From Gracilinanus agilis (lineage: Eukaryota), in the NCBI RefSeq assembly GCF_016433145.1, contig NC_058135.1:126332210-126396209 (forward strand): DNA of 64,000 nucleotides, written 5' to 3'. Below the pieces are notes generated by a model. That model ran no database searches and was not told the origin of the DNA. It saw only the letters and a program-made list of their open reading frames with translations. Shown piece after piece: positions 13,300 through 26,390 of the stretch. Position 1 is the first letter of the stretch; each line of letters begins with the position of its first letter. Both the position numbers and the translations under genes were made by a program.

Positions 13300-14410
13300 C
13301 CAAAGTGTTGTGTTAGCATAAAACAGAACTATGGAAGAGCAAGTAGATTTGGCATATGCAGATTAAAGTCAGTTAGTGTAGCTAATATGCTAGGCACTGA
13401 AAATAAATACAAAGAGTGAAATAATTTTTATTCTCAAGGAGCTCACATTCTAACAAATAAAAAAATCCTACAATAATATAACAAATATATTTATCTATAA
13501 ATATCTATAAATATTTATCTATACAAATATCTATAATAAATACAAAGTATATACAAAAGGGACAATTAGATGGCTCGGTGGATTAGTAGCCAGGCCGAGA
13601 CAGGAGGTCCTGGGTTCAAATATGACCTCAGACACTCCTAGCTGTGTGAGCTTGGGCAAGTCACTTAATCCTCATTGCCAAGCCCTTACCACTTTTCTTC
13701 TTCTTTTTTTAAAATTAATTAAATTAATTAATTTAGAATATTTTTCCATGGTTACATGATTTGTATTCTTTCCCTCTCCTCCTCCCTCCCTGCCGCCATA
13801 GCCAATGAGCAATTCCACTGCGTTTTACATGTATCATTGATCAAGACCTATTTCCATATTATTAATATTTGCATTAGAGTGGTCATTTAGAGTCTATGTC
13901 CCCAATCATATCCCCATCAAACCATACCACTTTTCTTCTGCTTTGGAACCAATATAGAGTATCAATTCTAAAAGAGAAGGTAAGAGTTTTAGAAAAAAAA
14001 AAGGAAACAGGAGTTTATATTTTATCACAGAGGTTATTGATTACAAGTGGCATGATCAGATCTGCACTTAGGGAAAATGACTATGGTGGCTGTGTGAAGG
14101 ATGGCTTGGAATAGGGGAAGATCTAAGTCAGGGGATCATTACAGAAATCCAAGCAAGAGGTGATGAGAGTCTGAACTTAAGGTTATGGCTGAGTGAGAAG
14201 ACAGAAGAGGTAGAAATAGCAAAATTTGGTAGCTGATCATGTATGTTGGAATGAGGAAAAATAAGAAGTCAAGAATAACATCAGGGTTAGGAACCTGAGA
14301 GACTAGAATAATAATTTCAGAAGGATAGAAGGAATAGGAATGAGTTCTCTTTTGGACATATTGAGTTTTTGATGTCTCCAGGAAATCAATGAATAGGAGG
14401 AAAATATTTC
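13300..14410 (-). mobile_element. L2 fragment interrupted by a SINE (~13558-13990)
   Basis: Antisense L2 3' end (gctaggcactg...ctcaaggagctcacattct) and purine-rich L2 body on both sides of the SINE. Confidence 0.6.
13702..13924 (-). mobile_element. Short L1 3'-end fragment inserted into a SINE
   Basis: Poly-T start plus antisense opossum L1 3'UTR. 15-bp TSD taccacttttcttct at 13687-13701 and 13925-13939. Confidence 0.8.
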
Positions 14411-16426
14411 TGGAAATCAGGAGCTGTGAGCCATCCCTTTACCATATGGGCTTTTTTGCTGGAGCTCACTTTCTGTCAGACTATGTATGGGCTTATAGGA
14501 AAGAATGTCACAGACATTTGGGGGTAGGAAAGAATATTTTATACCAACTGTTCCTATTGTACCATCATAGTAAATAACCCTTTTTGAAAGATACTTATTG
14601 CTAATTAACTCTCTCAGCTGACACTCTTGTGTAGAAGCACACTAGTGGGGTCAAGCCAATGGCATCAGAGAACTAATCCTTGAACGCGTCAAAGTTATCC
14701 CTCTAGAACCCAGAAGTGGAGATGTCTTTAGTTGAGCTCTAAGGACTTGACTCAGCTGTGAGAATGGGAACTGGGTTGAGGATTCTCAAAGCTTATACAG
14801 ACAGCTCATTAAGAGTATTTTCATTTTAACATGGTGAAGTAGATCATATTAATGAGTATGAGTCTAAGGAGGGACAAGTCTATTGTCTGAGGAACAACCT
14901 AGCTAATTCTGAAACTTATCACCAGATTGGCCACAAAGGGATCAGGGATAGGAAATCTTGAAATTCTTCTAGTCAGTTAAAGTGGGATTGTAATCTTTGG
15001 CATGAAAGGAAATATCTAGATTGGCAAAGGGATAGGTTGGTGATACATTGGATAAAGCACCAGTCTGGAGTCAGGAAAACCCATCTTCCTGAGTTTAAAT
15101 CTGGCCTAAGATACTTATTTTATAAATCATCCTGGGCCACTCACTTAACCCTGTTTGCCTCAGTTTCCCCATATGTAAAATGAGCTGGAGAAGGAATGGC
15201 AAACTACTCCAGGGTCTCTGCCAAGAAACCCCTCAATGGGGTCACAAAGAAACTGGACACAACTGAAAAACAATTGAACATCAAAAAGATGGCCAAAGCT
15301 GCATATACCTGAAATATTAAAGTAAAAAATGTGGATTTGGTGGGAATCCAGCCTTAGTACAGTGCCTAGTATATAGTTAGTATTTAATAAATGTTCATTA
15401 ATGGACAAATTAATTAGCTGATGGAAATTAAGACCTCTGAGTTGAAGTTACAAAGAGGAAAATATAGACTTCATATAAGGAAAAGCTTTCTGTCAATTAA
15501 TAACTAGGGCTAATTAGTGAACACAAAGAGTTGTGTTCAAGACCTGCCTCTGGCATGTGCTGGCTGTGTGATCTTAGTAGTTTAAGAAACTTCCTAAGAC
15601 TAGAAAGTTACTGAATAATAATTATATTTGTGAGAATTTCCTTATTGAAATTTTTCTTTACCAATAAAATCATAAGTCCAGTCAAAATAACCTTATTCTG
15701 CCCCGCTCACAAAAATAAGAGTAATGGACTAACTTTGGAGGTCAGTGGCAGGTTTCTCTCTAATTAGAGTTCTCCGATCAAAGGCAAAATGACTGCTCAC
15801 CAAATACATTGCTGAGGGGGCTTTTGTTCAGGCATAGGGTGCATTAGATAGCCTTTAAGATTCCTTTCTAACTTGAAGGTTCTTTGAGGAATAAGAGAAG
15901 AGGATCAATCCAAGCTCTGGGTCATTTCTGCTCCACACCCAGGCATGCTGACCCAAGTATAACTAAAGAAGAAATGAGGCTAATTGTACACCCACCACAT
16001 GGGGCAAATCCATTTCTATATTGTCAAATATTTGCAGAGCCTGATGTTGCCTCTTTTTATTGTTAATAATGTGTAAAGTGTTTTCAGATCTTTGCATTTT
16101 CCCAGGCATGAATATAAATATCATCCTTTATCCTTGTGTCTGCAATCCAAAGCCAATGGATTGTAGGTCCATATTTGATTTGCCTTTATTTACATAGTTA
16201 AATCCCATAACCAGTACAGTAAGAGAACAACTCTAAATAACTAGATAGTCAAATTCATTGTGGGAGTGGGGGAACAACTGAATTCTGCTGTTAAAACTTG
16301 ATTATTTCTCTGTATTTCCTATCGCTTCTAAGTTAGTATTCGTATGTTGGGGAGAGGAGGAAATAGTCAAAGAAAATTCTTGCAATTAGTGCAGTAAAAC
16401 ATGACGCACATGGAAAGTAGGCTCAC

Positions 16427-16512
16427 AAAAATCATAAACACCATCATTTAGGACCTGGGCGTAAAATTCAAGATTCAAAGGTTGCAAAATGTGACCATAA
16501 GTAGAGAAAGAC
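16427..16512 (-). other. Candidate exon, 86 nt (xSFSTYGHILQPLNLEFYAQVLNDGVYDFx)
   Basis: Acceptor cctgcccttggcttcag|, donor TTT|gtgagc. A single frame is open, ending in phase 1, compatible with exon 9385-9460. Confidence 0.3.
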
Positions 16513-16630
16513 CTGAAGCCAAGGGCAGGATCTGCTTGCGAGCCAGCATTTTGCTCAGAAAGTTGGGCATAGTTAATAGGTTAATTTCTGCTTATTGAAT
16601 AAGAGCTCCCGATGCTGATGGATCTCGTAA

Positions 16631-16970
16631 NNNNNNNNNNNNNNNNNNNNNNNNNNNNNNNNNNNNNNNNNNNNNNNNNNNNNNNNNNNNNNNNNNNNNN
16701 NNNNNNNNNNNNNNNNNNNNNNNNNNNNNNNNNNNNNNNNNNNNNNNNNNNNNNNNNNNNNNNNNNNNNNNNNNNNNNNNNNNNNNNNNNNNNNNNNNNN
16801 NNNNNNNNNNNNNNNNNNNNNNNNNNNNNNNNNNNNNNNNNNNNNNNNNNNNNNNNNNNNNNNNNNNNNNNNNNNNNNNNNNNNNNNNNNNNNNNNNNNN
16901 NNNNNNNNNNNNNNNNNNNNNNNNNNNNNNNNNNNNNNNNNNNNNNNNNNNNNNNNNNNNNNNNNNNNNN
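16631..16970. other. Assembly gap (340 N)
   Basis: Run of N. Confidence 1.
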
Positions 16971-17997
16971 AATGAAATGATCACTGCGTGGCTTTTTTTT
17001 TTCTTCCCAGGCACCACAGCTCTAATATTTCCATCACAGTTTCACGACTTGGCTTGCAGAGTTGTACTAAGAGGAAACGAAACAAAAGCCTCACAAATGT
17101 CATGTTCCCCTTTCTAGTTGCATTATCTGGTCCTATAAAATCAGGTCAGATTTTTTCAGGCAATTTATAATAATAGAGAAAGGACGGTGTTTGGCTTGGA
17201 TGGCATGGGTATTTGACTAGAAAAACCTAATTACATTCTATATCCAACTTTCTTAAATTTAAGATGAAACTTTAGGCATTGTCTGTATTCCTGGCAAAAT
17301 ATTTTATACAAGAATTAGGTTTGCTTACAAAGACAACTAAATTCATTGTAGAAAGAAGTCACAGCAGTTGGAAAAACAATGGAGTACTAGTTGGGGACTT
17401 TAGGAATTACAACTAGATTGAGTTCATTTACACAAATACTGTATCAACTAACACATACTGTAACTGTGAAAGAGTTAGAATTCTATCCACCCCTCAGTCA
17501 TTGATGTGAATTAGGTGGTACATCGATCATCTTGCTGATTCCTACCTGATGAGATACACAGGAAACGGGGGAGAAAGAAATTTTCTTAGAGGGAAGTGAG
17601 TCTAAGCAATTCAAACTCATGATATTTTGTGTCTCTCCTAAGCCCCTGAAATAACAATATGCTACAGCGAGGGACCTAAGGAAGCAGAAGAGTACTGAGG
17701 GTGGAAAATAGAGGGGCTCAGAGGTGAGGGAAAGGTACAAAAAGGGAGGAGAAGAGGGTGTCTGTCATAAGCCATCTGTTTTGAAATGTTACCTCTGGCC
17801 AGTCCACCAATAGAAAACCCTTCTTTCCCTTTTCCTTTCTCTCTTTCTTACTTCTCTGTCAACCTCTCTTTACCATATGAGATTCTTATTCTCAGGACCC
17901 CATACATCACACTAGTACTCTTAGTTCATATCATGTGCTAAAGGAGCTCTTTTGCAAGTTGACCTGAGAGTCAAATAAATTATAAAACATTACTAAG

Positions 17998-18200
17998 GGG
18001 CAGTTGGGTAGCTCAGTGGATTGAGAGTCAGGCCTAGAGACGGGAGGTCCTAGGTTCAAATCTAGCCTCAGACACTTCCCAGCTGTGTGACCCTGGGCAA
18101 GTCACTTGACCCCCATTGCCTACCCTTACCACTCTTCCACCTATAAATCAATACACAGAAGTTAAGGGTTTAAAATTTAAAAAAAAAATTTAAAAAAACC
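17998..18200 (+). mobile_element. SINE1_Mdo-like SINE
   Basis: Nearly identical to the copy at 828. TSD acattactaag (17987-17997 and 18201-18211). Confidence 0.92.
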
Positions 18201-18793
18201 ACATTACTAAGTAGAAAAGTGAATTTTGCATACCAAACCAACAAGTTACAAATGAACTTTTGGAACATAAAACCTTGTTATCTGGGGATTTCAAACAAAT
18301 GTAAATTTCAGAATTAAAAACTTGCAGAAGTGGAGGTTAAGTGGTAAAGACATGTCAGGAGACACATAAGCATTTCACTTTTAATCAGCATTTTTCTCCC
18401 CAACCTTCAAAAAAAGGATGTTGGACTACATTATTTCCTCAGTTCTCTCCTAGAACTAAATACTATTTTTCTTGATCCTGTATGATGATGTATTCTTATC
18501 TCATGATACAATATGGATTTACATAGAATCACTAGTAGAGTCCTAGAGATCATCTGATTAAACCCTCTAAATGAACATCCAGGAGAGATTCTCTTCTGTT
18601 TGGAAAATCATCAAGAATATTTTATCATTTCATAGTCAAAGCGTTTTTAGTTTTGAATTATTCCAGTGGTCAAGAAGAGTATGTCATATCCAACTATAAC
18701 TACTTGAGTCAATCTCATCTGATCTTCCATGAAAATGAAAAAAAAAAACTAATTCATTAGTTTCTCATCACCTCTAATTAAAATCCTTTTATA

Positions 18794-18975
18794 GGGGGCA
18801 GCTGGGTAGCTCAGTGGATTGAGAGTCAGGCCTAAAGACAGGAGGTCCTAGGTTCAAATCTGGCCTCAGACACTTCCCAGCTGTGTGACCCTGGGCAAGT
18901 CACTTGACCCCCATTGCCCACCCTTACCACTCTTCCACCTATGAGACAATACACCGAAAGTTAAGGGTTTAAAAA
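18794..18975 (+). mobile_element. SINE1_Mdo-like SINE
   Basis: Same consensus. TSD aaaatccttttata on both sides. Confidence 0.92.
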
Positions 18976-19150
18976 AAAATCCTTTTATATACCTGAAGAA
19001 TGAAGTCTCTCCCATAGATCTATTAAATAGTCCCAAATCTATTCATTATTAACCCTAGCACCTATTTTCTAACCCATTAAAGGCTTTCAATTCTTCTCCT
19101 TTCTGGTGTTATAACAAAAAGGGGCCTAAGGAGATACAAATATACAGTGA

Positions 19151-19988
19151 TGTGAATGTATCTATCTGTATTCTCCCTAGCTGCAGAGATGATGGAGGAA
19201 CACCAACCCCTATCACCCTTAATAGTTGTTATAATTTCCCCTTTTCCCTAACAGTTGCCCAGGGAGGACCCCAAAAGGTTAGGTGGATGGGTAACCCTTT
19301 CAGGTCCAACCTGGGGTTGGAGAAATTATTATAGGGCTTTTTATTTGCCTTGGATCACATTTGATATCGGACTGCTTTGACTCCCCAAGGGTCGTGATAT
19401 AAAGACCACTCAGGAAAGTACTTGTTAAACTCACTTTATCTATAATCAGGGAAAGGATAGACAGGACAAGGAATGGGGATTGGAGACCCTGTTGATCTAA
19501 TATCTATAACTAGTTGACAATCAGGACTGGAGGCTATTGATCTAGTAGAAGCTAGAGCTTTATTCTCCACTACACCTCTGGCCCAGCCTGGCCACAGCCA
19601 AGCCAGAGAATAGGGACTGCTGTTGATGCAGTGATCTTATTCTCTCAACCTTCTCACTATCGGTGTTTGGTGATGCACTAGCTCTCACAGTCTTCAGGAA
19701 ATATTCAGATGCTTCCTACCCTCTTTTTCATAGACCTCCCAGCCTCCCTTCACCACCCAGAGACTTAGAGACCTAAAGAGCTAGAAAGACCCAGAGACCT
19801 AAAGACCTAAAGAACCCAAAGACCCAAGACCAAAAGACCCCTTCCAAGTGGCTGTCAGGGTTATTTATACTGCCAGGCCAACTGACTCTTGCCCCTGGCA
19901 CATGGCACCTGGGTACATTCCATGTCTTCCAACTGCCTTCCCTGTCATTCAAGGTGGCATCCATCATTTCCCAGGATATGAATATAAC
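19151..19988 (-). mobile_element. Probable solo ERV LTR
   Basis: TG...CA bounded block of ~840 bp with composition distinct from its flanks, a minus-strand TATA (ggcagtataaataacc), and an internal degenerate ~8-bp repeat (agacctaa). No TSD resolved. Confidence 0.55.
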
Positions 19989-20156
19989 ACTGGGTACTCA
20001 CAAATTTTTCTACATCCTTTTTGAATTTCAGTAAGCTGAAGCAATGGCAGATTACTAACATGGGGTGGGAGGGAGGTTCTTCTGGATCCCTTTCTTCCAG
20101 AACTGGAGCACCTTTTCCTTTGCATCATTTCACCTTCCCCTCAACCCTGCCCCCCA

Positions 20157-20157
<1 letters not shown>

Positions 20158-20190
<33 letters not shown>
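20158..20190. repeat. (CA)n microsatellite
   Basis: Direct inspection. Confidence 0.9.
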
Positions 20191-20194
<4 letters not shown>

Positions 20195-23100
20195 AGAATT
20201 CGGATACAAGAGCAGCCGACTTCCCTGTCCCTAGAACCTGGCCTTATTCATAGAGGTGAAGGGGGTATAAAAGGAGGACAATAGATAAGTGTTTGAGTTC
20301 TTCCCTACACTCACAAGATCAAGAACTAGCCGGGAAATGATGAGAAAGGGGCAGGAAAGGCTGTCCTATTTTCCATGTTCCCCATGAGACACTTTTGGTC
20401 ACTTTCCAATTCACGATGAGTACAATGTAAATGAGGTCACTAAAGGAAACAGACGTCTACAGACCAGTGACAGGCCTAAAGAACAAAATAATGAAGCCTC
20501 TCTCTCCCTCCTCAGAGCTCTGAAAGAGATGGGGAAATATCAGAGCAGAATATTATCCATAGGTCATTTTGTCAGGTGCTTTTGCTTAATTGTTTTTCTT
20601 TGTTTTGTGAGAGTAATCAATCTGGAAATGGGGTAAAAAGGCCTTTTTCCTTGGAATTACTGTGATATAATAATAAAAGACATCAATAAAATATATTAAA
20701 ATATATGAATAAAAATTAACATGAAAGAACAATAAGCTTGCTTTCCTCTTACTATAGAAATATATACATTGAAGTTTTTCAGTATAATTTTTTTGAAATA
20801 ATGAATAATACAAATTATAAGGAAAGGTCCCTAGACTCTAAAGTCTTGGTATCATGGGAGCCCCTTTTTAATCCACTGTTGAACACCATAAGAAAGATTA
20901 TGATTAGAATCCAACAAATCAAGAATAGTAAAATATTAAATGTAAGAGGAAGTGGTTTCTAATTGCCTAAAAGCAGAAATTGGGTTAATAAAATGATGGA
21001 GAAGGCCTTTAAGTCACATTCTAACACAAGATTTTGTCAGAAGCATCTAATGTATCCGTTTTTTCTAAGATGACATCACAGTGATGATTTTTGAATGTTT
21101 GAGAGTGACTGAAAAGAACATACATGTAGGCTTTTAGGACAACATGCCACTGGTTTTGTCCACTATTTTATTGCTCCCAGCTTGTAGTCAACTCCATTTG
21201 GCTACAACTCCCTTTTCCATATCTAAGGTCTTTTCTATTTTATATTCACTAACCTCAAATTTCTTTTACTGTATTTATACAAATGACTTTTCATCCCTAT
21301 AAGAAATTTAACCTGCTTTTATAAAGTAATTTACCCCCACTTATCAGAGTTCTTTAAGATTTCATCTTGGTTATTGCTGAATATTGATGATACTATCTAA
21401 GCCAGAATCACTTGTGTGACCTTAGGTATATCATTTAACTTCTCAGAACATATTATTACATGTTTATGATTGAACTAAATTATCTCTAAGATCATGACTA
21501 ATTCTAACATCCTATGATCCCAAATAGATTCTGTCTACTTGAAATGAAATGGCATGTTGAGTAATTGTCCTGTGTATCTGATCATCATTGGGCCAATCAG
21601 TCTGGATAATTCAAAGAAACTTCTTTTGCTTCATTTTAGGGGGGATTTTATGAGTTTTCTGCCTGAGTTATCCCCAGAACTTCCTGACTTCTCCACCTCA
21701 CTTTGCTGATTAAATGCAAGCTTACAAATCAGTGAGCTTTCAGGTTGAGAAATGAATGAGGGGGTTATGGACCAGTCCTGCACATAATCAGGCCTCAAAA
21801 AAATAAAATTGTTTATAGTTAGTTAAAATCTATTCAGAAGAAATCTGGTCTCTGATATTTCTTACTTATATGACCCTCGGGCAAGTCACTTAATCCCCAT
21901 AGCCTAGCCCATACTGCTCTTCTGCCTAGGAACCAATACACAAACAGCATTGATTCTAAGAAGAAAGCCAAGGGTTTTTTTAAAAAAAAATCTACTCAGG
22001 GACCTCAGTGTAAAACTCAGAAAGAGTGATTTTATTTGAATGGAAGAGTCCTAGACCTTATATATTTTAGTAAAGCTTTTAACCTCCCCAGTGAAATATG
22101 ACTGAATTCTCCAGCTAGGATCTAGGAATTCTAGAAATGTTATCATTTTACCATTTTAAGATAAAGAAACTGAGGCTCAAAGAAGTTCATTGTCCTGCAC
22201 TGGGTCACAAAGATAGTATCTGAGACAGAATTTAAACTCAGGATCCAAGGCTAGCATTCTAACCACTACCTTACCTATGCCCAGTTAGCCAATGGATCTG
22301 ATTTTATATAAGACTGCCAGTGGTGACATGAACTTCTAAAACATGCCTAAGTGATTCCACACTTTCTAATTCTGCTTAGTGTCAAAAACCTTCAGTTTGT
22401 CCTTTAGCTTTCTTTGTCACAAGAAACAGGGTCCTTGGCCTGCCTTCATGGCAGAAGCTGTATATTCTGAGCTGCATTCCCCTGGAGGGATCAGTTTGGA
22501 AAACATTTCAGTCAACTTTCCCAATTCACGTCCTTTAAATTTACATTTGCAAAGGCCGGCTTCTTTTCCTATCCTGGACTTTCATCCCCATTTAAAATGG
22601 TGACTCTGGGTACACGCCAAAGTCAGCCTGACTTTCTGAGTGCTGCCTGTCGAATCAAAGCATTCTGGAGTGTGCAACATGCCGTAACAAATGGACAGGG
22701 AGTCAGAGTGCTTAAGTGGAAAAACACATCCTTCGTCATCTTGGAAGGAACAGATACTCCACATCAAGAGATGCTTTCAGGAGAAAGTCAGGGTTTCTAT
22801 GCATATGCTGTGAATTCATTTATAATTCTAGCATTCCTTTACCCCAAAATATTCAGCAAAATATGAAAACTTGAGATGAAGATCTTCGGGCTGTGTGTGT
22901 TTAAAAAGTCACCCATTTCTAAATGTTGGACTTATTATGCAAAGATTCAGGCATTTCAAACATTTTCACTGTGAAAAGTGCTTTCTAAAAAAAAAGCATT
23001 CACTTTCCTTGTACTTAACTAAAATTACTGGATATAAAGTCCAAATTATTACAACCTGACATCATTTTTATTTCTTTTATTTGGTTCAAACCTGGAATAT

Positions 23101-24862
23101 TTCTTGTGTGAGGAAATGTAGACGCTTCCTTCATGGATACCAGTTGGTATCATCTGGTCAGTAACACTGTTAGAGAATTTCCTGGGAGCACTGGGTAATT
23201 TTCTTACTTGCCTATAGGCTACTCAGCCAGTAGTCAGAATCAAGACTTGAAAAACCAAGTCCTTTTTGGTTTCAAGGTTGGCTGTATCCATTATATCACA
23301 TGGCCTCTCTTCTTTCCCCATCTATTCCCCTTGGAAAACATAGAAGCCTTAAGTTATAAAAAGCCAGCCACTTGGAGATATGCTTCCTAAAATTTTCTAA
23401 ATTCTTTCATTACTTTTTTTTGACCTGCAGAATGAGGATAGTTTGTTGAAAGGTTGTTTTAAAACTCATAACGACAGTAGAGTTAAGTTAGAGGATATAC
23501 ATATACAGCTATATAGATAGGAGAGAGAAAGAGAGAGAGAGAGATAAATGGCACTTGCCTGAAGGCCAAACTTTAAGTCAACGAGCCTGCTCATGCAAAA
23601 TAAAATAATGTATCTAGCAAACGAGACACTGATGATCTCTAGGAGAAAAATCTCTATAGATTCTGCCCCTTTTAGCAGACAACAAGGAGGGTAAAAAACC
23701 ACAGAGTGGTACCTTGGCATACAATGATCCTTTTGAAGCTGAATTTGTTCTGAACATTTTTGTTCTTCATTGCTTTTTCTCCAAGCATCGCTCTACCACA
23801 AATCGAAAGTTTCCAGGTCTGGCAGTCATTCCTTTATTACATTCTAATTATCTTCCTATTAATTGTTAGGCACAAATGATATAAGGGAAGAAAATGATGC
23901 TTTTGTCTGAATATGATCAAAAGAAAAGACAGGTGATTTGTTGCATAAACTGGACTTAGACTTCTGTACTTTCCTAAATGTATTTTTCTTCAGTGCTTTT
24001 TTTTCCTTCTTTTAATTACTTGCTTTTTTTTGAATGGCTTGTAAACTCATTAAACAGGGAACCAGATGTCAGTAGGATGACTTCAAGAATGCTACTTCTT
24101 GGGGGCAACTGGGGCTGAGAGTTATGATAGGCTCTGATACTGCCAAGCCCCAGGAGAGGGGATGAAGGCAGCTTCTCTCTTGAGGAGCCCCCGGAGGCTG
24201 GCTTGGAGCAGCACGTTTGCTTTGGAGGAAGCTGTCAGCCCTCTGGGCTACAGGAATACGCTATTTTTAATAAGTAGATACCAGGGGGAGGGCTACACTG
24301 GGAAATGTATGTGATGTAAAAACAAAAGATATCAATAAAAAAAACTCTTTCAAAAAAGAAATGCATAGCATGAGACAGTGAGGACCTGTTTTCTATCCTC
24401 CATTCCTCTTAAAATGGGATAGATCACAGGCAAGTGGGATAACTGATTCCTAGCTTATCTTCCAGGCTGGCTATTACCAAAAACTTTAAATCCATGTGTT
24501 AAGCCTAAGAAAAGCAAATTGGTGGAGCTGCCTTTGAGCCAAACGCTTGCCCTCTGTACTATGAATTCCAACTGCATAGCGGCATTGCCATAAAAGAGAG
24601 GACTGAATTGTGAGGCCAAGTTCAGGAAGCTGTCAGCATTGTCCTCCCCTCTGGCTTAGCAATAACCAACTGTGTTATTTAGTGTGATCTTTTCTCTAGA
24701 ACAAAGTTTAGAACTTGCATGGAGGCGCCCTATAAATATTAATGTCCCATATTTGAAAAAGGAAAAAGCCACAGATTGAAAAAGAGGAGGCTTTCTGTGT
24801 GGGAGTGTCGGCACCAGCAGGCTTGGAGGTCATTGTGTGTGACTTCCACTTTCAGAACTCAC

Positions 24863-24936
24863 TTTTGATCTGGCCTTGGATAAAGAAAATTGATAGAGGC
24901 TTGATTTCACAGTCTTCGTGTCCCTCCTCTCCGTCA
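24863..24936 (-). other. Candidate exon 2, 74 nt ((V)TERRDTKTVKSSLYQFSLSKARSK)
   Basis: Acceptor caacttttcag|, donor AAA|gtgagt. Phase-compatible with candidate first exon 28867-28927. Confidence 0.4.
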
Positions 24937-24967
24937 CTGAAAAGTTGGGTCCCCCTTTAAAAAATAC

Positions 24968-25000
<33 letters not shown>
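24968..25000. repeat. (TATG)n microsatellite
   Basis: Direct inspection. Confidence 0.85.
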
Positions 25001-26324
25001 CATAAATATGCTTTTAGAGATCACGAACAGAAATCCATCAGAAAATTATTAGGGAAAGGTACAGCTGCCCGTTAAGTACACCAAACATAATTTAGGCTTA
25101 ACTGAGCTTCCTCAATAGCACCATCCCTAAATGTAAGATAAGCTGAGGAAAAATACTTTTTCTTTAATGTTCTCTGCCATAGCTTGTGTATCTTCTGCAT
25201 TACTGTCTAGGTGGGTTACTCCATGAAATGTGCTTTGAATTGGACAAGATGTTAGTTGAACTTTTTGAGCCTCAGTGACAGAATGACAGAAGAGGTGGCC
25301 CAGTTGGAGACTGGGAAAATTCCTCATCTTTTCCCATAAGAATAAATGTGGCTCTTGTGACTGATATCAAAGGAGAAAGGCAGAACAGCTTCTGGATGGG
25401 AAATCAGAGAGAACTAAAGTATTTGGGAGCAGACATCAAGGGCATCAAAGCAACACAAGTGGTTGGACTGAGGGGAGCTAAAAGTCTGTAGAAGATCTAC
25501 CCCGTGCTAAAGTAAAATATAAGAGGAGTTAGAAGATTTCGGAGTACTTACATTACTTACATATTTAACCCTAAAGACGTGCAAGGATTGTTTTTTTTAA
25601 AGGGAGAGAGACAGATAGAGACACAGAGAGAGAGAGACAGAGATGTGGGGGAGGCAGGGGGAGAGACAGAGAACAAAAAGCTGACTTATTAAAATAACTG
25701 TACCCAAACTATAGAAATAATTTTCAGCTAAATTCTTTCCAGAAAATTAAAGCTTTATTTCAATTCCTATTTCTGATACCTGCCCTTGACTGGACTAGTT
25801 TTATTTACTTTATATTAAAAAACTTGGCCATCCAAGCAAGGTGCAGCTAAAACCATTTTAGATAAAAGGAAGCTGCATAGGGCAGCTAGGTAAGTGAATG
25901 GAGAGCCAAGCCTAGAGAGGGGAGGTCCTGGATTCAAAACTTTCTTCAGATACTTCCTAGCTCTATGATCCTGGGCAAATCACTTAATCCCAGTTGCCTC
26001 AGCCTTTATGCTCTTCTGCCTTAGAACCAATAATCGGAATTGATTCTAAGACAGAAGGTAAGGATTTAAAAAAAAAAAAAGCATCTCCCAATAAATCTGA
26101 GCAGTCATAAGTTCCCAACAAATCAACTTAGAGTAGAAGGGCAGAGCCTAGACCAAGGGAAGCTCAGCCAAGCTTCTGTCTCCAAGGAACAAGGGGAAAA
26201 ACCATCTGGCAGATTCCTATTTTACCTAATCCTTCCTAATAATTAAATATTAAATTCTGTTACCGTCTGTGCTGCTAAAGGACTATGGGTGTTTTCGGAG
26301 GCCACTAAATTCAGCACCCTACGA

Positions 26325-26390
26325 TGAAATCCCAATTGTTTCATCTGAAATCCCAATTGTTTCATCTGAAATCCCAATTGTTTCATCTGA
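26325..26390. repeat. Perfect 21-bp tandem repeat x3 (tgaaatcccaattgtttcatc)
   Basis: Units at 26325-26345, 26346-26366 and 26367-26387, then a partial tga. Confidence 0.95.

Noticed and set aside
16592-17017. ORFs of 141 and 122 aa spanning the gap
   Set aside because: Artefacts of the N run.
23555-23590. 28-nt minus-strand segment (RLVDLKFGLQ) with a GC donor gcaagt
   Set aside because: Non-canonical donor, and phase-incompatible with the neighbouring candidate exons.
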